The position numbers and the translations under genes were made by a program. The notes beneath the pieces are model-generated. The model did not search any database, had not been told where the DNA came from, and saw only the letters and a program-made list of their open reading frames with translations. Positions 1 through 8,942 of a DNA stretch of 64,000 nucleotides are shown here, in pieces. This stretch comes from Halorutilales archaeon Cl-col2-1 (GTDB lineage: Archaea; Halobacteriota; Halobacteria; Halobacteriales; Afararchaeaceae): positions 1-64,000 of the forward strand of contig CP169074.1 in NCBI GenBank assembly GCA_041891055.1, given 5' to 3'. Positions within the stretch are counted from its first letter, which is position 1. Each line of letters begins with the position of its first letter.

Positions 1-16
1 AATCTAGGAACGAAAC

Positions 17-232
17 TTGGCAAGTGTACCCAACCCTAATTTTGATTGTACTGTCCGTAGTAGTGGCGAAACGGTGGGTACTATGAGAAATAATCCGGAT
101 GAGAACTGGACTAACATAACTACGGCGTCCTCAAACGATAAGGAGAACAGTCAAAGACAGGCTGGATTCGGAGTTGCTACGACGTTCATGGCTCTCATTG
201 GTATAGGACTCATCGCTCTAAAGGAGCTCTGA
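17..232 (+). CDS. Short ORF or gene remnant ending in a PGF-CTERM-like membrane anchor (start uncertain; ATG at 83 is an alternative)
   Basis: C-terminus QAGFGVATTFMALIGIGLIALKEL resembles the archaeosortase PGF-CTERM signal; the frame is closed upstream by TAG at 5-7. Confidence 0.35.
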   Translation: MASVPNPNFDCTVRSSGETVGTMRNNPDENWTNITTASSNDKENSQRQAGFGVATTFMALIGIGLIALKEL

Positions 233-256
233 AATAGAATATCCTTGAGGTCAAGA

Positions 257-603
257 TCAACTCCCCACAGGTGCGACGTACTGTGACTTGATTTTCTCGC
301 CGTCCCGCCACTGATAGTAATAGTAGTCGCTACCCTCGATTGTCTTCACAGTCAGTGTAGCCTTAGCCGGAGCATCGAGGTCGTCGACGAGATCTTTCCA
401 CTCGTCCTCGTCCAGTCGTCGGGCACGTCTTGCTCGACGACGTCACCAGCTATCTCGTCTTCGGAGAGCTCACGGTTCTCCTTCCATTCGGCTAACTCCT
501 CAGCCCATTCGGATATGTCTCAGAGAGTATCTGCGTCTTGGCTATTCACTCCCTCTCTGACGTACTTCGGGACGCTCGAAGGCGCGGGCGGTCTCTCGGT
601 CAT
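257..603 (-). pseudogene. Pseudogene of a small acidic haloarchaeal hypothetical protein (premature TGA plus frameshift)
   Basis: ATG at 603 reads MTERPPAPSSVPKYVREGVNSQDADTL*DISEWAEELAEWK...DVPDDW; after a frameshift near 410 it continues EDEWKDLVDDLDAPAKATLTVKTIEGSDYYYYQWRDGEKIKSQYVAPVGS*; internal TGA at 522-520. Confidence 0.65.
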
Positions 604-650
604 AGCTAACCAACATTTTGGACAGATAGTATAAAATCTGTCAGTTAGCT
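604..650. promoter_or_regulatory. Inverted repeats enclosing a TATA-like box upstream of the pseudogene
   Basis: GACAGAT(621-627)-agtataaa-ATCTGTC(636-642), with an outer AGCTAAC(604-610)/GTTAGCT(644-650) pair. Confidence 0.4.
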
Positions 651-859
651 CTTAGATCTGTAAAAATACTCTAACGAGTGCGGGGTCGAGACGGTTTTGG
701 GTAAGAGATTTCCCCAGTTCAACAAATTTCTGAGCGACATAATCCCAGGCTCAGAGGGCGACGTCGTCCTACGAGAAGAGTACTACTGACCTGGTCTGCT
801 CCAGACCGTCGTAATTCACACGAACGAAACACTATTCTGAACGACCCGAGCCCTTATTC

Positions 860-889
860 TACATGGGCATGTAAATTGACATGTACATG
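860..889. promoter_or_regulatory. Putative antitoxin autoregulatory operator
   Basis: TACATG-gg-CATGTA (860-873) and CATGTACATG (880-889) palindromes at the antitoxin start. Confidence 0.4.
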
Positions 890-1129
890 CCAAGCTCAGA
901 GAAAGTCGTTCAGACGGAGCTACCGGAAGAGGAGTACGATAGGCTGGCTCGGATAGCTGAGAAAGAAGACAAGTCGCTAAAGAAGTTACTCAGAGAAGCG
1001 GCTAACGAGTATACCAGTCGGCATGAAGAAATAGATCCAGAAGATCCCTTCTTCAGTGTAGAAGTAGGAGAATCCAGCAAGGGAGAAAAGACTGCCAAGA
1101 AGACAGACGAGTACCTTTACGGGGAGTAG
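881..1129 (+). CDS. Ribbon-helix-helix/CopG-type antitoxin (VapB-like); start may be ATG 887
   Basis: VVQTELPEEEYDRLARIAEKEDKSLKKLLREAANEY RHH pattern; lies directly upstream of a PIN toxin. Confidence 0.8.
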   Translation: MYMPSSEKVVQTELPEEEYDRLARIAEKEDKSLKKLLREAANEYTSRHEEIDPEDPFFSVEVGESSKGEKTAKKTDEYLYGE

Positions 1130-1137
1130 AGAAGAGA

Positions 1138-1584
1138 ATGGAAGATAGATTCGCTCCCAAAACTGACAGTCCGGAGCCGCTCTTTCTCGATACGAGTGGT
1201 CTCTTCCCCTACTTCGATCCAGGTACGAAAGAGCACGAGGAAGTCAACTTATTTTTCAAGGAGATGCTACCTGATCTGCCATACCGTCCTCTATACACGA
1301 ACCAGTATGTCGTCGACGAACTCGTTACACTCCTGCTGTACAAGGCAGACCGCGAGAAAGCCGAGAAAGCGTACGAATCTATCACACAGTCCGAAGCCAT
1401 ACAGTTACTCTCAGTTGATGACTCAGTATTTGAACAGGCAGGGGAAAGCTTCCTTCAGGAAAACGAAGCTGTCTCTTTCACTGACCATACAGTAGGTATC
1501 CACGCAGACGAGAAAGGTATAAGTTACATCTTGGCTTATGACGGCGATTTTGAAAGACTGGGAATGAACAAGATACCTCGTTGA
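1138..1584 (+). CDS. vapC: PIN-domain VapC toxin
   Basis: LFLDTSGL, VVDELVTLL, SFTD, ILAYDGDF PIN acidic motifs. Confidence 0.88.
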   Translation: MEDRFAPKTDSPEPLFLDTSGLFPYFDPGTKEHEEVNLFFKEMLPDLPYRPLYTNQYVVDELVTLLLYKADREKAEKAYESITQSEAIQLLSVDDSVFEQAGESFLQENEAVSFTDHTVGIHADEKGISYILAYDGDFERLGMNKIPR

Positions 1585-1591
1585 ACTGCCT

Positions 1592-1650
1592 CTAAGAGCT
1601 AAATATTTAGCTCAGCTTAGAAATCCAAGACATCTCACAAGAGGTGAGAT
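1592..1650. terminator. Two hairpins between convergent toxin genes (possible bidirectional terminator or protein-binding site)
   Basis: Perfect 18-bp palindrome GAGCTAAATATTTAGCTC (1596-1613) and ATCTCAC-aagag-GTGAGAT (1632-1650). Confidence 0.45.
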
Positions 1651-1664
1651 ACTGTTTGACCCAA

Positions 1665-2147
1665 CTAGTTTTTGATACCTAGTGTCCTAATATCGAAGTA
1701 CGTCTCGAAGAATCCTTTATCGAACGTGATGAGTTGATCCGCGTCTGTCTCGGCGTGGGCACCGATGAGAAAGTCAGAGGGTAGATGTTGTCTCAGGGTT
1801 ATATTCTCTTTACAGTCCGGACACACGCATTCTACCTTTCTTCCACAAGTCGGACACTGAAGCTTATCGGATCTGTTTTCAAGATATGATCTAAATCTCT
1901 CTCCCGCTAAGAACATACTTTCTTCATCGGGACGTCGAATTTTTAATCGGGTGTCGTCCAGAAACGCATTAAGATCGTCTTCATTATCGAAGTAAGGATC
2001 CGCTCCGAGTTCTGAATAGACTATACCATTGATGATGAGACTACCTTTCGAATATGCATCACCCAGAAGATCAGACGCCATCTGGTTGAATTCATGATCT
2101 TCACGGAGTAGAGAAATCAATGCGCTAGTGTCAACGAAGGTAATCAT
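1665..2147 (-). CDS. vapC: PIN-domain VapC toxin with an inserted CxxC...CxxC zinc ribbon
   Basis: TFVDTSAL, VYSEL, SDFLIGAHA, LITFDKGF; insert CPTCGRKVECVCPDC. Confidence 0.88.
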   Translation of the reverse strand: MITFVDTSALISLLREDHEFNQMASDLLGDAYSKGSLIINGIVYSELGADPYFDNEDDLNAFLDDTRLKIRRPDEESMFLAGERFRSYLENRSDKLQCPTCGRKVECVCPDCKENITLRQHLPSDFLIGAHAETDADQLITFDKGFFETYFDIRTLGIKN

Positions 2148-2359
2148 TCTTCTCTGAACTTCTCCATCCAGTCCTCAACAGTCTCCCCAGAATCAGACAT
2201 GCCTTGGTACTTCTCGAATGGATTCTCATCTGCCTGTTTTTTTAGCAGAACTCCCCCATCTGTTTCTTCGAACTTTATTTCGTCACCCGCTTCAATACCC
2301 AACTCCTCCCGTATCTCTTTCGGGATCGTGACTTGTCCCTTGCTTGTCACCTTAGTCAT
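2144..2359 (-). CDS. AbrB/MazE/SpoVT-family antitoxin
   Basis: MTKVTSKGQVTIPKEIREELGIEAGDEI; 4-bp overlap with the PIN gene. Confidence 0.9.
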   Translation of the reverse strand: MTKVTSKGQVTIPKEIREELGIEAGDEIKFEETDGGVLLKKQADENPFEKYQGMSDSGETVEDWMEKFREE

Positions 2360-2477
2360 GCGTATTACTTAGTCAGTATACTATTAATGTATTACGGGCA
2401 CTCCGGTGTACTGTGTCAAGACAGGTGGGGATGAATAAAAAACAAAAGACGTCTTTTACTTTACTCTACTCGGCTAC

Positions 2478-5400
2478 TCAGTCGTCGGCGGGACTCGGAC
2501 TCTTATCCTGTGGCACGTCCTCGTCGAAGTAGTAGGTTTCTTCGGCGGGATCGAGCGGACGTTTGAGCCACTTGGGTCTTCTGAGGTTGTTCTGACCGTA
2601 CTCGCTAGCGGGACGGGCCATCTCAACCCACTCCTGGTAGACCTCCATCGACTTCTCTGTGTCGACGACTACGTCTCCGTACTCGTCGTTAGGTCCTGCC
2701 TTCTCGACCTCGACCTGGTGGTGCCACGCGTGTGTTCCGCTTATGGGATCTGGATGGACGGGATGTGTGAGGTTCTGTGGGACTCCTCCTTCGCTCCAGA
2801 ATATACGTGACGAGTCGGGGTCCTCGCTGTTGAAGGCTTGGACGCCCTCCGAGAGGTTCATCTCCCAATCGCCGTCTTTGTCCTCTAAGTCGACCGTCGA
2901 TGTCATCCACGCGTTACCCTCTTGGGTGTCCTGGTCACGTCTCCATCTTCCCATGTGGTGTGAACACGCGACTATACCGGGCTTTATCGACTCGGTTACC
3001 CAAGCCTTGTTGACGAAATGTCCTATCTCCGTCTGAACCTTGACGAGGTCTCCCGTCTGTACGCCCATGCGCTCGGCGTCTTCAGTATGTATCCAGACGG
3101 GGTTCCTGTTCGAAATCTCGGTGAGCCATTTCGCGTTAGCCGACCGTGAGTGTATCAGCGTCGGAAGTCTGAACGTCGGAACGAGGCAGTACTCGTCCTG
3201 GTCGTTGTCTATGTCGTCGGGATGGACGTGTGTCTTCTGCTCGTATCCGGGTATCTTGTGTTCGGGCCAGCCCCAGTCGACGGCAGTCTGCTGATAGAAC
3301 TCCTGTTTGCCCGACGGAGTCGGGAAGCCCTCGACCGCCCTTCCGTCTATGAGCACACCCGAGGCACTCTCGCGCTCCTCGGTGTCGTCGGTGTGTATCG
3401 CACCCTGGTCTGTGATATGTATGTCGTCGGGGTCGTCTACGACGATACCGGTGTCGTCGTCGACTACGACTCCCGTGACCTCGTCGTCGCGTCTTATGAT
3501 ACCCTCCTCGAAGTCGACTTCGAGGTCTTCCCCCCCGTCTGCGGCGGGAGCGACTGCCTTCTTCTCAGCCGACTCACCCTCGGCGTACGCGGAGAGATCG
3601 ATCTCCTCTCCTCCTATGTCCTCGGGCGAGATTGAGTCCTCGTTCTTCCTGTATATCTGGTTCTCTATCTCGAAGGCGCCGTACTTCTTCATGTACTCGA
3701 GAGGCGTGAGATCCTCTTCGTCGGCTGCCTCGGGAAGTCCGGGAACCTCGTTCTCGAATATCCACTGGTAGTACTCGTCTATCGTGATCTTCTCGCCGTC
3801 TCTGTACGGCGACTCGAAGTTGTCACGTATCTGCTGGAGTATGTCGTATCCCTCAACGTCGACGTCTCCACCGGTGGCTATTCTCCATGAGAGCTCTATC
3901 CAGAACTCGTCTTCCTCCCAGACCTCGCCGTGGTTAGCCTCGTAGGTGTACTCGACGTCTTCACCCTGACGCTCCTTCGCTTCTCTCAGAACCGGCTGTC
4001 TGAAGCCGATCCACTTGCCGTTGTGGGTCTCCTGACTCTGTATGTCGTGTCTCTCGGGGGAGTGTCCCATCGGGAGGACGTAGTCGGCGAAGTAGGCTGT
4101 CTCGTTCCACGTCGGTGTGAGTGCGATGTGACAGCCTATCTTCTCCTGATCTCTCAGGACTTCTATCCACTTGAAGCCGTCGGGGTTGATGTAGACAGGG
4201 TTGTAGACACGCGTGAAGTAGGTGTCGACGTATCCCTTTCCTCTGTCCTCCTCTAGGAAATGTGGCAGGAGGAACGACATCTCGTAATGCGCGAGAGGCC
4301 ACTCGTCGGGGAAATGTAGCTCCTGCCAGAACTTCTGGTCTGGGGGATCCATCCAGAAGTCAGGCTCGTAGGCGTTCCACGAGTTGGGAGACGTGCCTCC
4401 CTCCTTTCCGACGCTTCCCGTGAGGACGTTGAGGAAATGGAGAGCGCGTGAGACCTGCCAGCCTCCGAGGTTTCCTACCGACGCTGACCTCCAGATATGT
4501 GTCGCGAAGTTCTCGCCCGCCTTGCCTATCTTACGCGCGACCTTACGTATCTTCTCTGCGTCTATCTGAGCCTCCTCGGCGGCGCTCTCGGGGGTGTACT
4601 CCGAGTAGATATCCTTTATTATCTCTATGTAGTTGTCGAATGTGACCTCGACGTCGGGATGCTCCTTCTGGAGGAACTCCTCCCAGTTGACCCACTTCTT
4701 CATCCACTCGCCGTTGTAGAGATCCTCCTGGAGTATTATGTTCGCCATCGAGAGGAGAACCGGAGTCTCCGTCCCGGGCCAGGTGCCGAACCAGTAGTCC
4801 GCCATGCTCGCGGTATTCGAGAGACGCGGATCCATGACTGCGAGCTCGGCACCTTCCATCATTCCCTCGACGATCCTCTGTGCGTGAGGGTTGAAGTAAT
4901 GTCCCGACTCTAGGTGCGCGCTCAGGAGAAGTATGAAGTCGGCGTTGGCATGGTCAGGACTGGGTCTGTCGTACTTGTGCCAGAAGGCGTATCCGGTTCT
5001 CGCACCCGACGAACAGATATTCGTATGGGAGTTGTGTCCGTCGATTCCCCATGCCTTGAGGACACGGTCCATGTACCCCTCGTGTCCGGGACGTCCGACG
5101 TGGTACATCAGCTCGTCGCCGCGGTCTTCTATGAGGGCGTCGCGCATCCTGTCGGCGATGTCGTCGACTGCCTCGTCCCACGAGACGCGCTCCCACTCTC
5201 CGGAGCCTCTCGCCGTACCGTCCTTGCGCTTGAGGGGATGGTCGATCCTTCCGGGGTCGTTGACCTGGTTTATCGTCGCGGGTCCCTTAGCGCAGTTCTT
5301 ACCTCTGCTTCCGGGATGGACGGGGTTTCCTTCGAGCTTACGTATCTCGTCTGTCTCCTTGTCTATGTAGGCGAGGAGTCCACAGCCTGCCTCACAGTTG

Positions 5401-5648
5401 AAACAGATTGTGGGGACTATCGAGTAATGTTTCTCCTCCCTCTCCTGCTGGCTCTTCGCCTCGTACTCTACCCAGTCGTCCCACTCGCTCGGAGGCGGAT
5501 AGTTCGTGAGATCGCTCCCCTCCGTGACCTTTCTCGCTTTTCCTTCGTTGTCGTCCTCCCAAGTCTTGTCGACTAGCCCTATGCTAGCCGCTATCTTCTC
5601 TATCGTGCCCGGTTCGGGCTGGTCGTGTGATGGTTGGTTCTTTGACAT
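2478..5648 (-). CDS. Molybdopterin (Mo/W-bisPGD) oxidoreductase catalytic subunit, DMSO-reductase superfamily, no Tat signal
   Basis: CFNCEAGC...NCAKG [4Fe-4S] motif, HTNICSSG, YFADYVLP, C-terminal domain NPVWIHTEDAERMGVQTGD. Confidence 0.9.
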   Translation of the reverse strand: MSKNQPSHDQPEPGTIEKIAASIGLVDKTWEDDNEGKARKVTEGSDLTNYPPPSEWDDWVEYEAKSQQEREEKHYSIVPTICFNCEAGCGLLAYIDKETDEIRKLEGNPVHPGSRGKNCAKGPATINQVNDPGRIDHPLKRKDGTARGSGEWERVSWDEAVDDIADRMRDALIEDRGDELMYHVGRPGHEGYMDRVLKAWGIDGHNSHTNICSSGARTGYAFWHKYDRPSPDHANADFILLLSAHLESGHYFNPHAQRIVEGMMEGAELAVMDPRLSNTASMADYWFGTWPGTETPVLLSMANIILQEDLYNGEWMKKWVNWEEFLQKEHPDVEVTFDNYIEIIKDIYSEYTPESAAEEAQIDAEKIRKVARKIGKAGENFATHIWRSASVGNLGGWQVSRALHFLNVLTGSVGKEGGTSPNSWNAYEPDFWMDPPDQKFWQELHFPDEWPLAHYEMSFLLPHFLEEDRGKGYVDTYFTRVYNPVYINPDGFKWIEVLRDQEKIGCHIALTPTWNETAYFADYVLPMGHSPERHDIQSQETHNGKWIGFRQPVLREAKERQGEDVEYTYEANHGEVWEEDEFWIELSWRIATGGDVDVEGYDILQQIRDNFESPYRDGEKITIDEYYQWIFENEVPGLPEAADEEDLTPLEYMKKYGAFEIENQIYRKNEDSISPEDIGGEEIDLSAYAEGESAEKKAVAPAADGGEDLEVDFEEGIIRRDDEVTGVVVDDDTGIVVDDPDDIHITDQGAIHTDDTEERESASGVLIDGRAVEGFPTPSGKQEFYQQTAVDWGWPEHKIPGYEQKTHVHPDDIDNDQDEYCLVPTFRLPTLIHSRSANAKWLTEISNRNPVWIHTEDAERMGVQTGDLVKVQTEIGHFVNKAWVTESIKPGIVACSHHMGRWRRDQDTQEGNAWMTSTVDLEDKDGDWEMNLSEGVQAFNSEDPDSSRIFWSEGGVPQNLTHPVHPDPISGTHAWHHQVEVEKAGPNDEYGDVVVDTEKSMEVYQEWVEMARPASEYGQNNLRRPKWLKRPLDPAEETYYFDEDVPQDKSPSPADD

Positions 5649-5668
5649 TCTATCACCTTTCTTTCTCT

Positions 5669-7321
5669 CTATGCGTTAGGTATAAGCTGGGGTGCTTCTA
5701 CCCATATCTGCTCGGCGGCGTACATGCCGACGAGAGCGAGTATTCCTGCGACAGCGCCTATGAAGGCTCCTCCCGACACAGCGGCGTATCCGGCGAGGAT
5801 TATCGGAAGCAGGTTTCCGGCTCCCATGACTCCTCCCCAGAAGAGGTTGCTGTATCTTCCCGACTTTATCATGTGTGCGACCTCTGCGGCGTCCTCAGTC
5901 GGATGTGTGACCGTGATCTCTGCCCCGAGTATGAGTGTGTTGGCTATGAGTCCCGCGAGGAGAACCGTCGTCATCGTTCCCATCGGAACTGAGAGACCTG
6001 CTACTCCGAGTATAAGGAGCGCGGCAGGTCCTGCTATGACGGCGTGAATGAACATGTGGAACGGGAGTAGGGGCGACTGCCAGAAGTCACGTCCCTTAGC
6101 CTGTGCGAAGAGGAACGCAGTGTATATCGCCGTGAGTATCGCGAGGACTATTCCAGGCCAGACGAGGACGCTGAGTAGTGATCCGAGTCCGAGGAACGCC
6201 GCGACTGTCCAGACGGTCATGAAGAGACCGTAGAACGAAATTATATACGACCCTCTCGTGAGCCACGACGTCCAGTGAGGACGTACGAGAGTGTAGTAGA
6301 ACCTCTCGGGTCTATCGAGATCAAGTATGAGTAGGACTCCTGTGAGACCGAGGAAGACGAGCGACACGATGCCGCTCGCCGCACTGGCTGTGCTGTCGAA
6401 AGGCATTGTTCCCATCAGACCCATCATAGCAGCCATCAGGAAGACTCCCGCGGCGACCGCCTTCGTGACGACGTAGGCGGGAACCTCCCATCCCCACATG
6501 ATACCCTCGTCGGGGACGTCGTAGACACGTCTGACCTTTCCTGTGATCTCCTTGTAGCTACCCTTGACTGTCGACGAGATGCCATCACGGACGTTCTCAC
6601 TGGTTGCGACTCCTCCGTCAGCCTCGACCTTCTTGTCGTTAGTCTTCGACTCTACCGCGCCCGCACCGTCTCCCGACATGGGGGCGGAGTCTCCTGCGGA
6701 GTGTCCTATGCCGCCCGCCTGACTCGACCACATGTACTCGGTGTCCTTCGATGTCGCCGAGGGCGTGACCGAGCTCTCGTCTCCGTCGACGTAGAAGAGC
6801 TTCGGCTCTGTTCCTTTCTCGACTTTGCGCGCCTGTACGGGCTCCCTCTCGATTATGTCTGAGATCTCCGAGTCGGGGTTCTCCATGTCGCCCGATATTA
6901 TGGCGTGCTCGGGGCAGACGTTGACACACGAAGGCTGGAGTCCAACGTCGACCCTGTGTGAACAGTAGTTACACTTCGCCGCAGTGTCCGTCTCGGGATC
7001 TATGTAGAGAGCGTCGTACGGACATGCCTGTGTACAAGACTTACACGCTATACATCTGTTCTTGTCGAAGTCAACTATACCGTCGTCTCGGTTGAACAGG
7101 GCACTGACAGGGCATATCTCGACACAAGGAGCGTCGTCACAGTGGTTACATCTGTGAACTGTGAATGTTCTCTTCGTGTCGGGATACTCACCCTTCTCGA
7201 TGTACTTCACCCATGTTCTGTTGACACCAACAGGGACGTCATGCTCTGCCTTACAGGCTGTCGTGCAGGCGTGACATCCTATACATTTTCTGTTGTCGAT
7301 TACGAAGCCATAACTTGTCAT
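5669..7321 (-). CDS. Four-cluster ferredoxin (DmsB/NrfC-like) fused to an NrfD/PsrC membrane anchor; probable start ATG 7321
   Basis: CIGCHACTTAC, CNHCDDAPCVEICP, CIACKSCTQACPY, KCNYC..PSCVNVCP, followed by WGWEVPAY and LDLDRPERF NrfD motifs and about 8 TM helices. Confidence 0.9.
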   Translation of the reverse strand: MTSYGFVIDNRKCIGCHACTTACKAEHDVPVGVNRTWVKYIEKGEYPDTKRTFTVHRCNHCDDAPCVEICPVSALFNRDDGIVDFDKNRCIACKSCTQACPYDALYIDPETDTAAKCNYCSHRVDVGLQPSCVNVCPEHAIISGDMENPDSEISDIIEREPVQARKVEKGTEPKLFYVDGDESSVTPSATSKDTEYMWSSQAGGIGHSAGDSAPMSGDGAGAVESKTNDKKVEADGGVATSENVRDGISSTVKGSYKEITGKVRRVYDVPDEGIMWGWEVPAYVVTKAVAAGVFLMAAMMGLMGTMPFDSTASAASGIVSLVFLGLTGVLLILDLDRPERFYYTLVRPHWTSWLTRGSYIISFYGLFMTVWTVAAFLGLGSLLSVLVWPGIVLAILTAIYTAFLFAQAKGRDFWQSPLLPFHMFIHAVIAGPAALLILGVAGLSVPMGTMTTVLLAGLIANTLILGAEITVTHPTEDAAEVAHMIKSGRYSNLFWGGVMGAGNLLPIILAGYAAVSGGAFIGAVAGILALVGMYAAEQIWVEAPQLIPNA

Positions 7322-7373
7322 TTTTCCCACTTTCTTTTTTGTCCCTCTGTCTGAGTGATCCTGCACCCCCACA

Positions 7374-7395
7374 TTAGCCGTATGGTAACGGCTAA
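7374..7395. promoter_or_regulatory. Inverted-repeat operator candidate upstream of the oxidoreductase operon
   Basis: TTAGCCGT-N6-ACGGCTAA; also a direct repeat TTAGGTTTGTA at 7476-7486 and 7508-7518. Confidence 0.4.
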
Positions 7396-7553
7396 CAACA
7401 TAGAGACATCTATCCTCATGTCACCTTACTACCACTTAACAGTTGTGATACCATGAAGAACCACCACTCACGAGTTTAGGTTTGTACTGCGGGCAGATTC
7501 GTGTATCTTAGGTTTGTAGAATAAGTCGAAATAAAGACGTGGACAGAAGATGA

Positions 7554-7626
7554 CGGGCTCGGCGGGATTCGAACCCGCGGTCTAGAGCTTAGGAGGCTCC
7601 CGCCCTGTCCACTAGGCCACGAGCCC
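7554..7626 (-). tRNA. tRNA-Arg(CCT), no intron, CCA not encoded
   Basis: GGGCTCG acceptor stem, GGAGC-CT-CCT-AA-GCTCT anticodon arm, GGTTCGAATCCC T-arm. Confidence 0.95.
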
Positions 7627-7687
7627 TCGGTGACTGATACTTCTCAGATGTACTTAATTCTCGCGGTATGGCTCAAAAAGAGAAACT

Positions 7688-7942
7688 CTACTCCGAAGTC
7701 GACGTCGAGCTCGAACTCGAACTCGAACTCGCGGCTTCTTCGACTTCCTCCGTAATCTCGTTGATCTCCTCGTCGGCTTCCTGTTTTGCCTTCTTGAACT
7801 CTCCCATTGCCTCACCAGCGCCTCTCGCGAGCTTCGGAAGCTTATCAGCCCCGAAGAGGAGGACTACGAGAAGGGCTACTATCCCGATCTCCAGGGGTCC
7901 CACTCCTCCCATGAAAAGAGGAGTGAGTGCGTCGTTGAACAT
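7688..7942 (-). CDS. tatA: Twin-arginine translocase TatA
   Basis: GPLEIGIVALLVVLLFGADKLPKLARGAGEAMGEFKK. Confidence 0.93.
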   Translation of the reverse strand: MFNDALTPLFMGGVGPLEIGIVALLVVLLFGADKLPKLARGAGEAMGEFKKAKQEADEEINEITEEVEEAASSSSSSSSTSTSE

Positions 7943-7996
7943 ACCCTATCTACCTCTCCGTAGCATATATGCCTTTCGGGAGTCTGGGTAACCCAA

Positions 7997-8941
7997 ATGA
8001 CTTCTCTGATTGACAGACTTCTCGGCAGGGCGACTCTGAAGGAGCGGATACAAGAGCTGGAGGACGAGAACGAGAGCCTCAGAAACCGTCTTGAGGCAGA
8101 AGAGGAACGACGGAGCGACGCTGTTACGCAGAAACAGGAGGCGGAGCGCGAGATAAACCGGATGGAGGACAGGATACACGAGCTTGAGGACAGGGTCGAA
8201 CGTGCCGAGAGCGAGGAGGAAGACGGACACGGATTCAGACGCGTCGAAAGTCTCAGACGTGACGAGATCCGTGAGGCACTTTCTCTACTCTTGTCTGTTG
8301 AAGGAGCTGACGAGTCTCTCTTGACGGCGTATGTCACTCCGGACGGCGACCTGCCCAACCCCGAAGACTACTCGTCGGAGTCGTTAGGTCTCCTCCGTGG
8401 CATAGACTCCGAGATGGGTCTCGTAGTTTTCACAGACGACAGCCGTCTCATAAGCGCGTGTCTCTCACCCCCTCTACGTGTCGATGATACCCGTGTCGTC
8501 TACGGGGATACCTTCGAGGTCGATCAGTCCCTCTTTGAGCCACCCGAGAGATACGTCCTGGGGGTCGTCCGAGCGGGTGGCTTCTCCGCGGGGTACTACG
8601 AAGGCGGCGATCTTGTCGAGACCGAGTACGTCACCACGAACGTCAAGAGCCAGCACTCGAAGGGTGGATGGAGTCAGTCGAGGTTCGAGAGGATACGTGA
8701 CGAACAGATAGACGAACACGTCGAGAGGTCGGTCGAGGCTTTAGAGCGACTCCTCGACACTGTCGGCTCCGACGACGGTCTTCTCGTGGCGGTCGTGGGT
8801 CACGAGGCTCTCATAGACGAGGTGGCTCAACGTACCGACACAGAGGTATTTACTAAGCCGTCGGACGCGAGAGGCGAAAAGAAAGAGCTACTCGAAGACG
8901 GACGCGAGAGCCTCTGGAGTTCGCGTCTCTACGTCTTTTAG
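7997..8941 (+). CDS. Vms1/ANKZF1-like (acVLRF1) release-factor-family protein with N-terminal coiled coil
   Basis: VKSQHSKGGWSQSRFERIRDEQ loop typical of archaeal VLRF1 proteins. Confidence 0.8.
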   Translation: MTSLIDRLLGRATLKERIQELEDENESLRNRLEAEEERRSDAVTQKQEAEREINRMEDRIHELEDRVERAESEEEDGHGFRRVESLRRDEIREALSLLLSVEGADESLLTAYVTPDGDLPNPEDYSSESLGLLRGIDSEMGLVVFTDDSRLISACLSPPLRVDDTRVVYGDTFEVDQSLFEPPERYVLGVVRAGGFSAGYYEGGDLVETEYVTTNVKSQHSKGGWSQSRFERIRDEQIDEHVERSVEALERLLDTVGSDDGLLVAVVGHEALIDEVAQRTDTEVFTKPSDARGEKKELLEDGRESLWSSRLYVF

Positions 8942-8942
8942 C

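Noticed and set aside
520-522. In-frame TGA as selenocysteine or programmed readthrough
   Set aside because: The same gene also has a frameshift; a CGA-to-TGA nonsense change is simpler
7688-7942. tatA as dedicated exporter for the neighbouring molybdoenzyme
   Set aside because: Separated by a tRNA and no twin-arginine motif in either oxidoreductase subunit
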